The position numbers and the translations under genes were made by a program. The notes below the pieces were generated by a model. That model was not told the DNA's origin, searched no databases, and saw only the letters and a program-made list of their open reading frames with translations. A stretch of DNA of 62,055 nt, the filler included, from Circinaria calcarea (lineage: Eukaryota): assembly GCA_051942165.1 (NCBI GenBank). It is 18 parts of 18 records of this genome, joined end to end, with 100 filler letters (N's around TTAATTAATTAA, not from the genome) between each part and the next. Parts side by side here need not be neighbours in the genome. Positions count along the whole stretch, not along the records: positions 24,250 to 27,606 come from JAVECS010002876.1; positions 27,707 to 31,060 come from JAVECS010002877.1; positions 31,161 to 34,509 come from JAVECS010002878.1; positions 34,610 to 37,958 come from JAVECS010002879.1; 14 more parts are not named here. The stretch is one strand, 5' to 3'. Of this stretch, positions 24,250 to 36,555 are shown piece after piece. Within the stretch, counting starts at the first letter, position 1. Each line of letters starts with the position of its first letter.

Positions 24250-27200
24250 ACCACCATCCTCTCCGACTCGCAATGCGCCGACTTTACTCTCCTTGTCGCC
24301 ACAATTACAGAGCGCATGCGAAAGGCTATCCTGATCAATTTCGATCCCAGCGCGACATTGAACAAGGACCTCCTTGGAGACTCGAATAAAAGCGAGGAAG
24401 ACAGGATCAACGATCCCAACCTCGATACCGGCGCTGTGGACATTGCAGCCTACGAAGCAGAGAAGAAGAAACTCGCTGAGAACGAGAAACAGCTCGCGAC
24501 GCCCGAGGTGCAGAAACTGAAAGACGATGTCCTTCAAAATTACGACGATTGGCGCAAACTGGTGGCCAAGCGCATTGGCGAGGCGATCAACTTGCAGCAA
24601 GAAGTAGAGAAGCAAATTACTGAAGCGAGTAAGAATGATGAAGCCGCTCCAGCGTCATCGCAGGTACAACAGCAAAAGAGTTCTTTAACACCGACTAAAG
24701 TCGAGCAAAGTGCTCCAAAACTCGAGGATGTGTTCCCTCGAGTCGGGACGTCCCTGACAAAGCTACCAATGGCAAAAAGAACGCTGATTCTGCATTCAGT
24801 CTTGTTGTTACTGATCAGCCTGGAGCACTACAGTGCACGATCCCGAGTGTTGCTGCTTTACTTGACCTCGAGCCTGAAGCTAGGATTGAAGACTCTATTA
24901 ACTGAAGAGGAGAAAGTAGCCAAAGGTCTGCTCCAGTCCGCACAGCAGATTAATGCAGACGAAGAGGCGCATAAAAAGGCCGAAGCTACCAAGCAATCAA
25001 ATAAATGGAAAATGGCCGCGGCAACTGCAGCGGGTGCGGCTGTCGTTGGAGTTACTGGCGGAATGGCTGCCCCAATGGTAGCATCTGGAGTGGGGGCAAT
25101 AATGGGAGGGCTTGGACTGGGTACCACAGCGGCCGCAGGTTGTGAGTTTCACTTTCTCAACCCATGCCAGAAGGTTTTGCTCGACTAATCTGACCGGCCA
25201 GACCTCGGAAGCGTCGCAGGAAGTACCTATCTGGTGGGCGCTTTATTCGGAGCTTACGGTGGCAAGATGACTGGGCAGATGATGGATAATCTCTCCCGCG
25301 AAGTGGAAGATTTTGCCTTCCTGCCTGTGCATGGTCGACGGAAAGAATTCACAGATGATAATGAAGCCGCGGCGGAAGAAAGACGTCTTCGGGTTACAAT
25401 CGGTATTACTGGGTGGTTGACCGAGAAAGAAGAGATTGTCAAACCTTGGCGAGTTCTTAATACCGAACCGGAAGCTTTTGCTTTGCGATGGGAGCTTGAG
25501 ACGCTGATGAACCTAGGTAATTCAATGGATACAATGCTCAGCAGCGCGGCATGGGGCTTCGCACAAAGCCAAGTCATTCAGAAGACGATCTTTGCGGAGC
25601 TCATGTCTTCGGTGATGTGGCCTATGGGATTGGTCAAGGTCGCGAGAGTTGTTGATAATCCTTTTACTCTGGCCAAGTCTAGAGCAGATAAAGCTGGAGA
25701 GATTCTCGCTGAGGTTCTTATCAACAGAGCTCAAGGAGAGCGAACGGTTACTTTGATAGGATATTCACTTGGTGCCAGGGTTATCTATTCCTGCCTTACG
25801 ACCTTGGCAAAGAGGAAAGCTTTTGATCTGGTCGAATCTGCAATCCTCATTGGCGCTCCCACCCCGTCTGATACCCCTAGCTGGCGAACCTTAAGGTCTG
25901 CTTGCGCGGGAAGACTCATCAACGTATACTCTGCAAATGATCGCGTCCTCGCATTCCTTTACCGCACAAGCTCGATTCAGTTTGGCGTCGCCGGCCTTGC
26001 GAAGATTGAGGGACTTCCCAGTGTAGAAAACGTGGACGTCAGTGAGACGGTCGATGGGCATTTACGGTACCGTTTCCTAATCGGAAAGGTACTTCAAAAA
26101 ATCGGCCTTCAGGACATTGACAAGGAGGAAATCAAGAAAGAGGAGGAAGCGTTTGAGAAAATGCTGGCCGAAGAGAAAGAACGAGATTACATCCGTCAAG
26201 CCAAAGAGAAGAGCCAGGCATATCTGGGTAAGAAGGAGGTGAGCGACAAAGACGCTGAGAAGGAAGCCGGCAATATGGAAAAGGAAATTGAGCAGAAGAC
26301 CCAAAAGAGTATGATGCAATGGGCTAGTGAACAGCTTTATATCAGCAGAGCTGCACCGCCGAATCCAGACGAAGCGGCCGCAGTAGGTGGACAAGCTTTG
26401 AAGTCAGGTGCTTATGCCGCAGACGACGCTGCGGTCGCGGGGCAGAATGCCACCAAAACGTACTTCCAGCGCGCCAAAGAAAGTATATATCTAAGCCGGT
26501 CCGGGAGTAAGAATGAGAACTTGGCAAAAGAAGGTATCAGCGAGATTGGGCCTGGATATCTCACCCAGGTAGCACTCTACGCTGCACAGTATCTTCCCTC
26601 ATGGCACACCGCGGCTGGGAAAGCTACCGGAGCAGCTAAAGGAGCCACCGATACCGTGACTACTACGGCCAAAGATGCGGCAGATGGTTCAACGAGCTAC
26701 GTTGCAAAGGCCGCTTCGTATCTTCCCCATTGGTCGAGCAGCAAAAAGCCCGAAGAGCCCAAGGATATAACCGAAAAAGTCACTGATACTGCAGGTCAAG
26801 CTTCCGCCGCACAACAAGCCGCGACCGACAAGACCGGCGAAGTGAGCAAGGAGGTCACCGAGGCCGGTAGCACCACCATCAAGAACGCAACCTCCACTGC
26901 TGGCTCCGCCGCCAAAGGAACAACCGATCAGGTAGGCGCCGGTGCAGCGAAAGCACTCAATACAGCAGGAGCACCGGAGGTCGTGGGCGAAAAGACCGAG
27001 GAAGTCGTGGACGCCGTTGGAGTCACGCCGAAAAACGCAGCGGATATGGTGGGAAAGGGCGGAGGGGCGGTGGTTGATAAAGTTGGTGATGTTACTGAGA
27101 GTGGTATTAGTACGGCGGGAAAGGCGCCGGAACAAGTTGGGAAGGGTGCGGTAGCCGCGAAAGATGCAGTGAGCAGCGCGGGTGAAGCCACAGGAATCAA

Positions 27201-27576
27201 TAAAGGGGCAGATACTGCTAAAGATGCAGTTAGCAGCGCAGGTGAAGCTACGGGTGTAAACAAGGGTGCTGTTGCTGTCAAAGACGCTGTATTCAACGCG
27301 GGAAAGGCGCCAGAGCAGGTTGGCAACGGTACGGTAGCGGCGAAAGATGCAGTCAGCAGTGCCGGGGATGCTACGGGAATCAATAAAGGGGCAGAGACTG
27401 CAAAAGGTGCAGTGGGCAGCGCGGGTGAAGCTACGGGGATCAACAAGGGTGCTGCTGCTGCCAAAGATGCCGTCGGCAACGCAAGCGAGGCGACGGGTAT
27501 CAACAAGGGCGTGGGGAAAGCCGGGGATGCGGTTACTGGGACCGCTGGAGCCGGGAAGAGGTTGTTGGGGCTTTGA
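24250..27576 (+). CDS. DUF726 (TMCO4/Mil1-like alpha/beta-hydrolase fold) protein with long repetitive C-terminal tail, 5' truncated
   Basis: HYSARSRVLL, GVTGGMAAP, GALFGAYG, RADKAG, QGERTVTLIGYSLGAR and GHLRY. Intron 25142-25201. Confidence 0.9.
27110..27545 (+). repeat. Coding tandem repeat of about 60 nt (20 aa), AKDAVSSAGEATGINKGAxx, about 6 copies
   Basis: Visible in both the translation and the DNA. Confidence 0.9.
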
Positions 27577-27706
27577 GAGTTTATGCGGGGTTGATGGGAT
27601 TTTGAGNNNNNNNNNNNNNNNNNNNNNNNNNNNNNNNNNNNNNNNNNNNNTTAATTAATTAANNNNNNNNNNNNNNNNNNNNNNNNNNNNNNNNNNNNNN
27701 NNNNNN

Positions 27707-29044
27707 CGGTCTCCTACTGGGGTAAACGGCCTGCTATAGCCGGTTGGCGGCGTGACGGTACCTGAAGGAAGCTTGGGAGTTCCCTCGGGACTTGTTTCTC
27801 GCGATGGCGGAATTGAGTCGCCACTCGGCCCAACAGAAAATTTAGGAGTGTGTTCAGGCGATGCTTCAGTGATACCCGATCCCTGGGACAGCGATGTGGG
27901 TTGTGTCGAAAACTGATCCGAAGCGGAAGACAATTTTGACGTCCCGGCAGTGGATGTTGCACTAGTGTCTTCTACGCTAGTATCCAATATTGTGTTTGGT
28001 GGTGGATCAGAGATTTGTGGGGAGATTTGAACCGGATGCGGAAGGGCCTTGCCCAAGCCTGCACCAGGAGAACCCAACAAATGTTGTTGACCATCACGAG
28101 ACTTCGAAGTAGCTGGTGTGAGAGGCGGTGTTTGTATCGACGAGCTCGCTAGGGATGACCTTGGTGAAGGTCTACCAGCCCTCATCCCATCACTAGCGCC
28201 GATATGAGGACTTGGCTCATTGGAAGGCGCCTGTGATAGAATTTAGCATGCATTCGAATGAGGAACAGATAGCATTCTATGAGATATTCCATGGAAGGGT
28301 CAGAAATCGCCCTCCAGCATCGAATGGATAACGTTGGGATTGGCAGTGACCTGCATTAGTCTTATTGTGCCAACGAAATCGGCTAAGCGCATAACTTGAA
28401 GTCCACGCTCTGAGGTAAGAGCAGCTCATAAAGGCACAAACGGATGATGATTTGGGGGGATGGGTATAATCGCTAGGGCATTGCAACCCTAAACCCAACG
28501 ACACTACTCCGTACGCTCCGAAGGCTTGAATGAACGTCAAGGGTCGATTTCGGTATAAATAACGTGTGTGAGAGGGGCATAGTTGAAGAGAGCTATTAAC
28601 GTACCCTCGAAGCTGGTAAGGAAACGGGCTCAAAGCCAAAGTTGCTCGGGCGCCTATGCTGTAAATGGGAATCCTGTAAGCTCTTGGAAAGGCTTCGTAT
28701 CTCGGCTTCCGCTTCTGGACTGAGGCCCTCGTTTGGTTTTGAATCTTCTTGCGTTAGCGTACTATCCGATTGTAGGTTATAGAGCGGTTCAATCTCCTGG
28801 GTTACAGAGCTGAACCGAACAGTTTGTTCCTGGTGAGGCTCTGAAGATGCCGTAGGAGGTGGTACAGTAGTTATGTGATTACCAGGTTGGTTAGGTTGTG
28901 GCTGAGGTTCTGCTCCATCTGGTAGATACGGATCTAGTTAGCCTCGAGGTTGAAAATAATGTAAATGACATGATTGCTTAGGCGCTGCAAAAGCCTATAT
29001 TGGCGGTCAGACCTACAAGATACATCTCGCATTGGAGAACCCAT
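27707..29044 (-). CDS. N-terminal regulatory region of a HAL4/SAT4-like Ser/Thr kinase (kinase domain beyond contig end)
   Basis: Exons giving VRFSSVTQEIEP, LQHRRPSNFGFEPVSLPASR|APSNE, TPPLTPA and SRPFTPVGD. These motifs are recalled from Pezizomycotina Hal4/Sat4 kinases. The start codon is uncertain. Confidence 0.55.
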
Positions 29045-30097
29045 GCTAACGAGAAGGCTGATATAAGCTTGACAATCTCCTGCCTCACCCAAGGTCCGAT
29101 CTTTGATCCAATAAGTGACCCACACAAGGCTTATTGCCACAGTAGTCTCGAAGTTGATCCAATTATCTGGATATCATGAAGGACAGCTGTCATTCGTCTG
29201 GGTCTTCAATGTCCAAGTACTAATCATGCTGCTGCCTGAGTGTGTCGAGACAGTGATTCACTATTTGTATTTCGCAGGGTGTTTTACCGATTGAGTACTC
29301 GTATCGGTAAGTGGGGCAAGGCTCTTCGGACTGGAGATTCCCGGTAGAGAATTCCACGCGTCAACAGTCTTGTTGCAATAAATGCAACATGAAGCAACAA
29401 TCGCACGGATGGATGAGCTAGACGGTGAACGGTGGAATCCCGACTGGAGAGTTTGAAGAGTCGACATGATGAAATGATGTGAGCCATAAGATTTAAACCT
29501 TGGGTACTTCGCGAAAAGGTGGGATGAATAATAAGTGTGCTTGCTGCTTTTGGGGTAGACCGGGGTTCCTTCGATAAGACGGCTCTCGGCCCGTTGAATG
29601 TACCGAAGCTCCGTACCGCAAACAACTCCAATAGGACTGCTGCAGGGTCACGACAATGGACGAATTATTGTAAATTAGTTGCATGAGAATTGCTTCGACA
29701 ACTACCTTGGTATGAAGTATTACTGTAGTCGAGCCGTTGGTCGCCAGAATTCTACGGCTCTGTTACTATAGTGCTGTCTACCAGTCAATAGACGGAGTAT
29801 CTACACATCCAGGAACCTCAAATTGCTTCTTTGGACTACGGTATTTGAAAGCTCCGAGTACTACCGTTAGGTGGGGTGTCATCCAATGCACTGGATCATC
29901 ACTGCTCCATTCACACACCTTTAAGTGAAATTTGTGGTGACATTGCGTTTGTGACAAATCCTTAGTGGAGAGAAGGTCTTAACTCTGCTATCGAGTCTCT
30001 CGTACACAATCTCGTCTTTATGTGCCATCCAAGATCATGCCACCCCACCGGCTATGCAGTAGCAGAAGTCAGGAGAACAGAGTACCGATGCTTGGTG

Positions 30098-30614
30098 TTA
30101 AGGAACGACAGCTATTCCGGCTGATTTCGCCGAGGCAATAACGCTCTTTGCCAAAGCCTCGAGAGTGAAACCCGATAATCTAAGCTCCGATTGCTTGATT
30201 TTGGCGATGTTATAAATATGCTTCAACGATACCTCCCCCACAGTTTCCTTACCAGGCTGCATAGAACCACGAATCTTGCCCTTCCGTTCCTTAACACCGG
30301 CTGCTTGTAGAAGTAGGTAGGAAGTTGTAGGTGTGCGAAGCTCGAAGTGGAAAGAGCGATCAGGACGGACAGTGACCCTTGCAGGAATAGGAACACCAGG
30401 GGTCATGTGCGCGGTTCGAGCGTTGAATTCCTGTATAGATACAACTTTAGCTCTCTCCCATGGACAAGCTCTAAGGTGGGCTAACCTTGCAAAAATCCAT
30501 ACTTTTGACACCTTTGCTACCCAGAGCGGGTCCCACTGGAGGACTTGGGCTTGCTTGGCCCGCTCCCACTATCAGCTTCACGATCTGATCCATTTGTATT
30601 GCCTTCCTTGCCAT
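30098..30614 (-). CDS. MRPL19: Mitochondrial ribosomal protein uL11m
   Basis: [58 protein letters not shown]. One intron. Confidence 0.93.
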
Positions 30615-31212
30615 GTTCGCCGCACGAGCTATCGGTTCGAGCCTGAGGTCTTAGGGAGTAGTTACGCTCTCGGCGAATTCATGGACGAAACGACAAAACG
30701 AAAAAGGAGATTAAACACTAGGCCGATCTAGGTTGATGTATGTCTCCCCGTTGGTATCAATCGACGCTCTTGAATTAGCCTTTTCGGCATATGTCGCGGC
30801 ATTATATATTAACGGTTTAAACTATTAGCTTTGTGGACGGTTTGAAGAATAAAATAGTGAGGCTCGACTGCAGTATGGAATATACTATCACTGGAGTAAA
30901 ATACGGTCTCCATTATGCTCCATTGCATTAGCGGCGGGGACGGGGATCATCATAACCGACACCCATGACGTTCCTTGTCTAATTCTATTTGGTAAGGTAG
31001 ATACACCAAAGATGAACTGGATTAAGCAACAGTGGGTACCCGACTTTTTTGCTCTTTTGTNNNNNNNNNNNNNNNNNNNNNNNNNNNNNNNNNNNNNNNN
31101 NNNNTTAATTAATTAANNNNNNNNNNNNNNNNNNNNNNNNNNNNNNNNNNNNNNNNNNNNATATTTATTATTATTATATAGTATTTTTAATTATACGGAG
31201 TAAAGAGAACCC

Positions 31213-31589
31213 TGTTATGGCGCCAGCACCATAGCATGCGCTAGACCCAGGAAAGGTTAGGACCGGCGGGACTGGTCCGGCAGCCGTGCTCAGGATGCTC
31301 ATGGTGAGTAAGCCGGGTGAGCAGGGTGAGCAGGGGAAGTGCTCATGATGCTCGGGGTGCTCATGGGTAGTGAGCATAGGTGAGCAGGATGAGCACTCGT
31401 AGTATATAAACAGGGCTATTCCCGTTCTTTAGAATAGCATGCTTATAGACACCAAATACCGTGTTCAATATTACTCGTTGATATTGAACCTAGGGCAACA
31501 GTTCAACTACACCCTATGTGAGACGTGCTATCACCAATCGGGACTTATCAAATTCCTCAATAGGCCCCAAGGATTGCAGCGCCCTTACA
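31213..31589 (+). mobile_element. Solo LTR (377 bp) with 5-bp TSD AACCC
   Basis: Begins TGTTA and ends TTACA. AACCC at 31208-31212 and 31590-31594. Internal TATA-like TATATAAA near 31403, preceded by GAGCA/TGCTC short repeats. Confidence 0.8.
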
Positions 31590-31820
31590 AACCCGGCCTA
31601 TAAACGCTAGCCACGCGACCACCGCGTTAGAAATAAGGCTCTACGAAATACAACTCGAGCTGATATATGTTGCACTTTCCCCCACTCTATACGGGGTTTC
31701 TCCTTCTTCGATCTCCGGGAACGACCCCAAACAGAAGTGCCGGACTTGTCTCTGCCGATTCCCCTATCCCTCCCCGTTAGGGTCCAGCAGCCCCATCCTC
31801 GCAGCCAGAACATTCTCGAA

Positions 31821-33139
31821 ATGACACGGCATGGCTCTCGAGCAACTCAACTAGTGTGGTACAATGATAGCTCATTATCCAGCAGCGATGACAGCTCGTC
31901 ATCCAGCAGCGATGACAGCTCATCATCCAGCAGCGATGACAATAGCCTTGTCTACAGCAGCGAAATAGATGATTGGGATGCCGAGACAATCCGTGGAAGT
32001 CAAGACATCACCCCTCAAGGACGGGCGGATAGAGTAGCGCAAAATGACCTCTTATGGCCTCCTGACAAGCACCACCTGAAAGTGCGCTTCCTCAACGGTA
32101 ACACTTGGGAGAAAGACACCGTAGAGCATTTGGTCAAAAAGCATTACCACGTGATCCCTATGCATCTAAGATTCAAGTTCCTCAAGGAGGATGCTCCTGG
32201 TCCTTCTGATATCAGGATCACCTTTACGACATTGTCGGAAAGCTACATTAGGCGTACCGCTGAGCAGCATTTAGGGGCGACAACCATGTCGCTTAATATG
32301 CACCCCACTATTGAGAGCCCGGACGGAAGACGTCTGAAGAGGGAAGCCGATATCTTGCACGAGTTTGGTCATGCCTTAGGTATGGTGCATGAACACTCGC
32401 ATCCTGACTGCAGAGCCAATTGGAATCACAGAGTCCTTCAACACAGATATGGCTGGAACGCTCAGAAAGTGCACGTGAATTACGATAAGGTCAATTCTGC
32501 GAGGGCGAGGCTTGCTCCCTATGATCGCAAGTCCGTCATGCACTATCCCGTCCAGCGGGGGGCCACCCACAGTTTGAACACGCATGTTGCCCAGAACAAT
32601 GTGCTTTCGGATGGTGATAAGAAATTTTTGATGTCGATATATCCTGTCAAACAAACCCCGAAGCCAAAAGCGAGGCCGAGACCGAAGCCGGAGCCGGAGC
32701 CGAAGAAGAAGTCAACGAACAAGAAGAAGTCAACGAATAAGAAGAAGTCAACGGATAAGAAGAAGTCAACGGATAAGTTAGACAGGACGCAAAAGCAGAC
32801 CCGGAATAAGAAACCAAACTACAGCATTTCACAGCAGTTCACAGGGGTCTACATTTCAGTTAAGGGCAGTGGTGATGTAAACATAAATGTGGCGGTTACG
32901 GGGAACTTCATGGCAGCAGCGATGTAGTGGTTTATGGTGATAGCAATGTAAAGCTTAATGATAGCGGTGCTATACGTGTTCATAGAAGCGGGCACGCAGT
33001 CGTCAACGGCAGTGGTGATGTACAATTCACTGGTAAAGGTTGGGGAAGAGTCAATGGCAGCGGTTCCATCAAATCATATATATTGAAAAGAGGTGCACTA
33101 CAGGGAGGGCGCTACGTTTTCAATATCTACACGGTATAA
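31821..33139 (+). CDS. Intronless metzincin (ZnMc/astacin-like) metalloprotease with frameshifted GSG-repeat C-terminal domain
   Basis: LKVRFLNG, SDIRITF, ILHEFGHALGMVHEHSHPD (HExxHxxGxxH) and Met-turn YDRKSVMHY. The frame ends at 32927, but GSG repeats continue in another frame to 33139. Internal repeats SSSDDSSS x3 and KKKST(N/D) x4. Confidence 0.85.
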
Positions 33140-33351
33140 CCGGAAAGTATATATAGCAAAGTGTTACTATAATATTATTATGAAATACTATAGTTCTGCT
33201 GCTTCTATATATATATATTATATATGCCCCGAGATGGGGGTGAGCCTAATCCGTTTTCAGTTTGGAAAGGGAGTAAAGCCGCTTTAAGAGGGAGCAGTAA
33301 GAGAGCAGCGGGGGAGTATAAGGGAGCAAGAAGGGAGCACGAGGAAGCACG

Positions 33352-33825
33352 TGTAAGGATCCTCTACGAATAGTATGATAATCTTACGAGTAAGGGTCGG
33401 TAAATTGTGTGATAATGAGCTCAATGGGTTCGCGTAGCGTATGAATTATTATTAAAGAATTCTCGTATAATACTTCGCGAGGAAAACCTTTCTCGTTAAG
33501 CTAATATTTTATAACCTTGGTGCATAATTCACCCATAGGGTTCGTAAGGGTTCTCGGGTAGAATTTATACATTTTATTAATTGTCCGGTAATATAATTTT
33601 TAATTTTAATTTTTAAAAACGATATCTTTAAGCCGAGAGGTATTAAAAATATAAAACAATTTTTTTTATCTATAATATAAATGATACGATGAATAATATA
33701 TTTTGTATGGTGCTCCGTGCGAAATTAATAATTAATATATACGCGTAGGCATTTCAATTACGATTATCCGAAACTAAATAATAAGGTATGGATTCCGCTT
33801 CTTGTATAAAGTTTTTATACCTTCA
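33352..33825. mobile_element. Second, AT-rich (RIP-like) solo-LTR-like relic
   Basis: Starts TGTAAGG and ends CCTTCA (near-inverted termini). Flanked by direct repeat AGCACG at 33346-33351 and 33826-33831. Confidence 0.5.
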
Positions 33826-33880
33826 AGCACGCAACCGCATCAATAACTGATTCTCTTGGCTCATAACTGCTTAAGCCAGT

Positions 33881-34509
33881 CTAATTTGCTCCCTTTTCTC
33901 CCTCTGAAGCAAAGCTCTCCAACAAGAGAATCAAATGATCAATCGGACCGGGCCTTTGTAAAGCTTCAGAGTCTTCCGCTGCGTACAGTGAATGCGTTTC
34001 CTTTCCAGAACTTCGTCCAAGCTTTTCAAACCTCTTTGGACCATTCTCAATGAACTTATCCATGTTGACACCCCATTTGTATTCCGAAACGAACTTGTCC
34101 AGATCGAGAGCCTCCACCTTTTCGCGAAAGGCACCAAGGCCATCGATCAATAGTATCATTCGAGCGCTCTTAGCCCAACTTGCTTTACATATGGATGAAT
34201 AGAGTGCCAGATCCCCGTTCAATGGGGCTGAGGTCGACTTTTGGAACATCGGATCGTAAGCTACGCAGTTTATAACGAAGACTATTACTTTAATATCGGA
34301 TATCGACTGTGTTGCGAGCAGTTCGTTATAATTTGCATCGAGCTGAGTTGCGTCGAGGATGTTATATGTCCTTCCGCTAGCGTTGGCAAGTTTAAAACTT
34401 TTGATTCCCGTACCGTTATTGTGTAGTGTCGTACTTCCGGTGTGGGCTGATGGGGGAGGGGAAGAGGATAGGCTGCTGCTATACTTGTATTTCACGGAGG
34501 TCCAGCATG
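33881..34509 (-). CDS. Highly divergent heterotrimeric G-protein alpha-like C-terminal half, 5' truncated
   Basis: TGIK, TYNILD, IVFVINCVAYD, LALYSSICKASWAK, MILL..AFREKV and KRFEKL align in order with the G-alpha Ras-like domain. G3 and G4 motifs are absent. Confidence 0.7.
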
Positions 34510-34959
34510 NNNNNNNNNNNNNNNNNNNNNNNNNNNNNNNNNNNNNNNNNNNNTTAATTAATTAANNNNNNNNNNNNNNNNNNNNNNNNNNNNNNNNNNN
34601 NNNNNNNNNCCATGGACATCTGTTTGGCTGCCTGTCCTACATATTGCGTGTGTAGGCGGTGTCACCTAACCCACCTCTATATGAGAGACTGGACAGCCGC
34701 TGCACTGTTTGTTCTTGGATGCTGTGGTTAGCTGGCCTGACCACTGGATCATTTCCAGTGCATCCGTCTATATTGCCGTAGTTTGATACACCACTCCCGC
34801 TCCGTCATCTTCATGTGCATCCGAGGCGCCGCCAGACTATTTCCTTCACTAAAAACCTTCCCCCAAGGCATACACCGCCTAGTCCTGTTCGACCATCTTC
34901 GAGAGAGGATTTTGAATCTCGAGGTCGTGGGCTCCTGATGCGCAACAGGTAGCAGAAAC

Positions 34960-36555
34960 ATGAGTGCCAGGTCGACTCATTACCGTTTCAGTATTGCGAG
35001 AGCCTCGCCCGACAGCTTGAAGGCGTTGAGCTCGAAGAAGCATAAAACTAATGGCTTCAGAGGGACCATACGGAAGCTCTTTGGCAGGAAGTCGGTCAAA
35101 AGCCAGATCAGTCTACCGACACCGACAATATATCTGGGCCACGTAAGCTGCCGAGGCCCTATTTACTTCTATCCTAATGACAGCTACTAGGACTCGACCA
35201 CTTTCATCACCTCGGCGACAGACTACAAGGACCAACGGGCAGTCTCTCTACCTGCACTCGAGATTTCCCGTACAAGTGCTCTAGGATCACACTGCCCACT
35301 AGCTGCCTCACCACGGAAAGTCCCCGAAGAAAGCAACGGTGATCCCGTCACCAAAACACCATCAAGGCCCCGGCGGGCCACTCTACCAAGTCTAATTGTC
35401 GACATCCAAGACCGGGAGACTCTCCACTCGGTCCTCGGCCAAGAACAACCAGAGGGAATCTCTCATGATGCCAATAATGAACCCATCGGGTTCGCCGTCA
35501 CAAGTGGATCCAATCCCAAGAGACGGTCAAAGAGCGCTGATCAGTTGTATGATATTGCGAAGTCTCATCGCATGTCCCCCATCCAATGGAGACGGTGGAG
35601 GAGAAGAAGTGATGAGATAGCCTCTTGGCGAGACAGCATCGAGCATGGTCCTGCTCATGACGCTACCCTCGGTCCAGCAGCAGTACAACCTAACCATGAC
35701 CAAAAGCATCTCAACACCTTAGACGAGGATACGCAAGTCCTCGACGGACAGCTGAGCTCAAACGACCCAAATACATTCGATTTTGGAATACTCGCGAATA
35801 CGATCCACGATCAGGAGCATATCCCACTCGAGGAGAGGGTAGTCACGGTAGAGATCAAGCTAATCGATCTCGAATACGCCATTTCCAGACTTCAAGCACG
35901 GACGCCAACACCGGTTGAGGGGGATTTACGGAATCGCCGCCCGAACATGAGACCTAAAGAACAATGTGCAGAATATGTTCATTCGACCCCGGAACTGGGG
36001 CCTTGTCCTTGCGAGTCGTCAGCAAGCTCCACGATTGAATCCCGAAATATGGATGACTCGATTATTGCTGGCTCACATTCCACCCAGCTGACTTTACCTT
36101 CCTTGTTGGGCGAGCCGCCTAGTGACGAGAAACTCCGTCCGACCAGTACAGCGACGACCGTCCGACCTCAGACAGTAATCGAGATGCCGGTTTCCCCGGT
36201 CAGAGAAGACGATTCTGAGACTGCCAATCGGTGTAGCCTTACTAGTGTCATTTCACTCCTCAGACGTGAACAATCAGCCCGTATGCGCCTCGAAGATATT
36301 GTTTCGGACCTTCAGCTTCAGTTAAATGATATTAAGTCTTCAAGTTCACAGAGTCCATATCATCGGCTTCTACACGAGAATCTACGCACTCAAGGGAGTA
36401 ACGAGTTTCTAGCCTTTCAAGGTGTTAGAACGGGAAGTGACGCCGATGAAACGGATACAGAGGATGGATTTCTGGACGTATATGAAACACCGAGCGAGCA
36501 CAAAGAGTTTGAAAGACCTTCCTTTGCGAGCTTGCTAGAGGGAAAAGCATTTTGA
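34960..36555 (+). CDS. Conserved Pezizomycotina hypothetical protein (disordered, with coiled-coil segments)
   Basis: Intron 35143-35190 joins into the long ORF. Motifs IRKLFGRK, RRATLPS, NPKRRSKSAD, RRRSDEI and LEERVVTVEIKL. Confidence 0.7.

Noticed and set aside
26928..27506. 192-aa antisense ORF with PLLIPVASPA repeats, and other antisense ORFs in the track
   Set aside because: These are shadow frames of genuine genes on the opposite strand.
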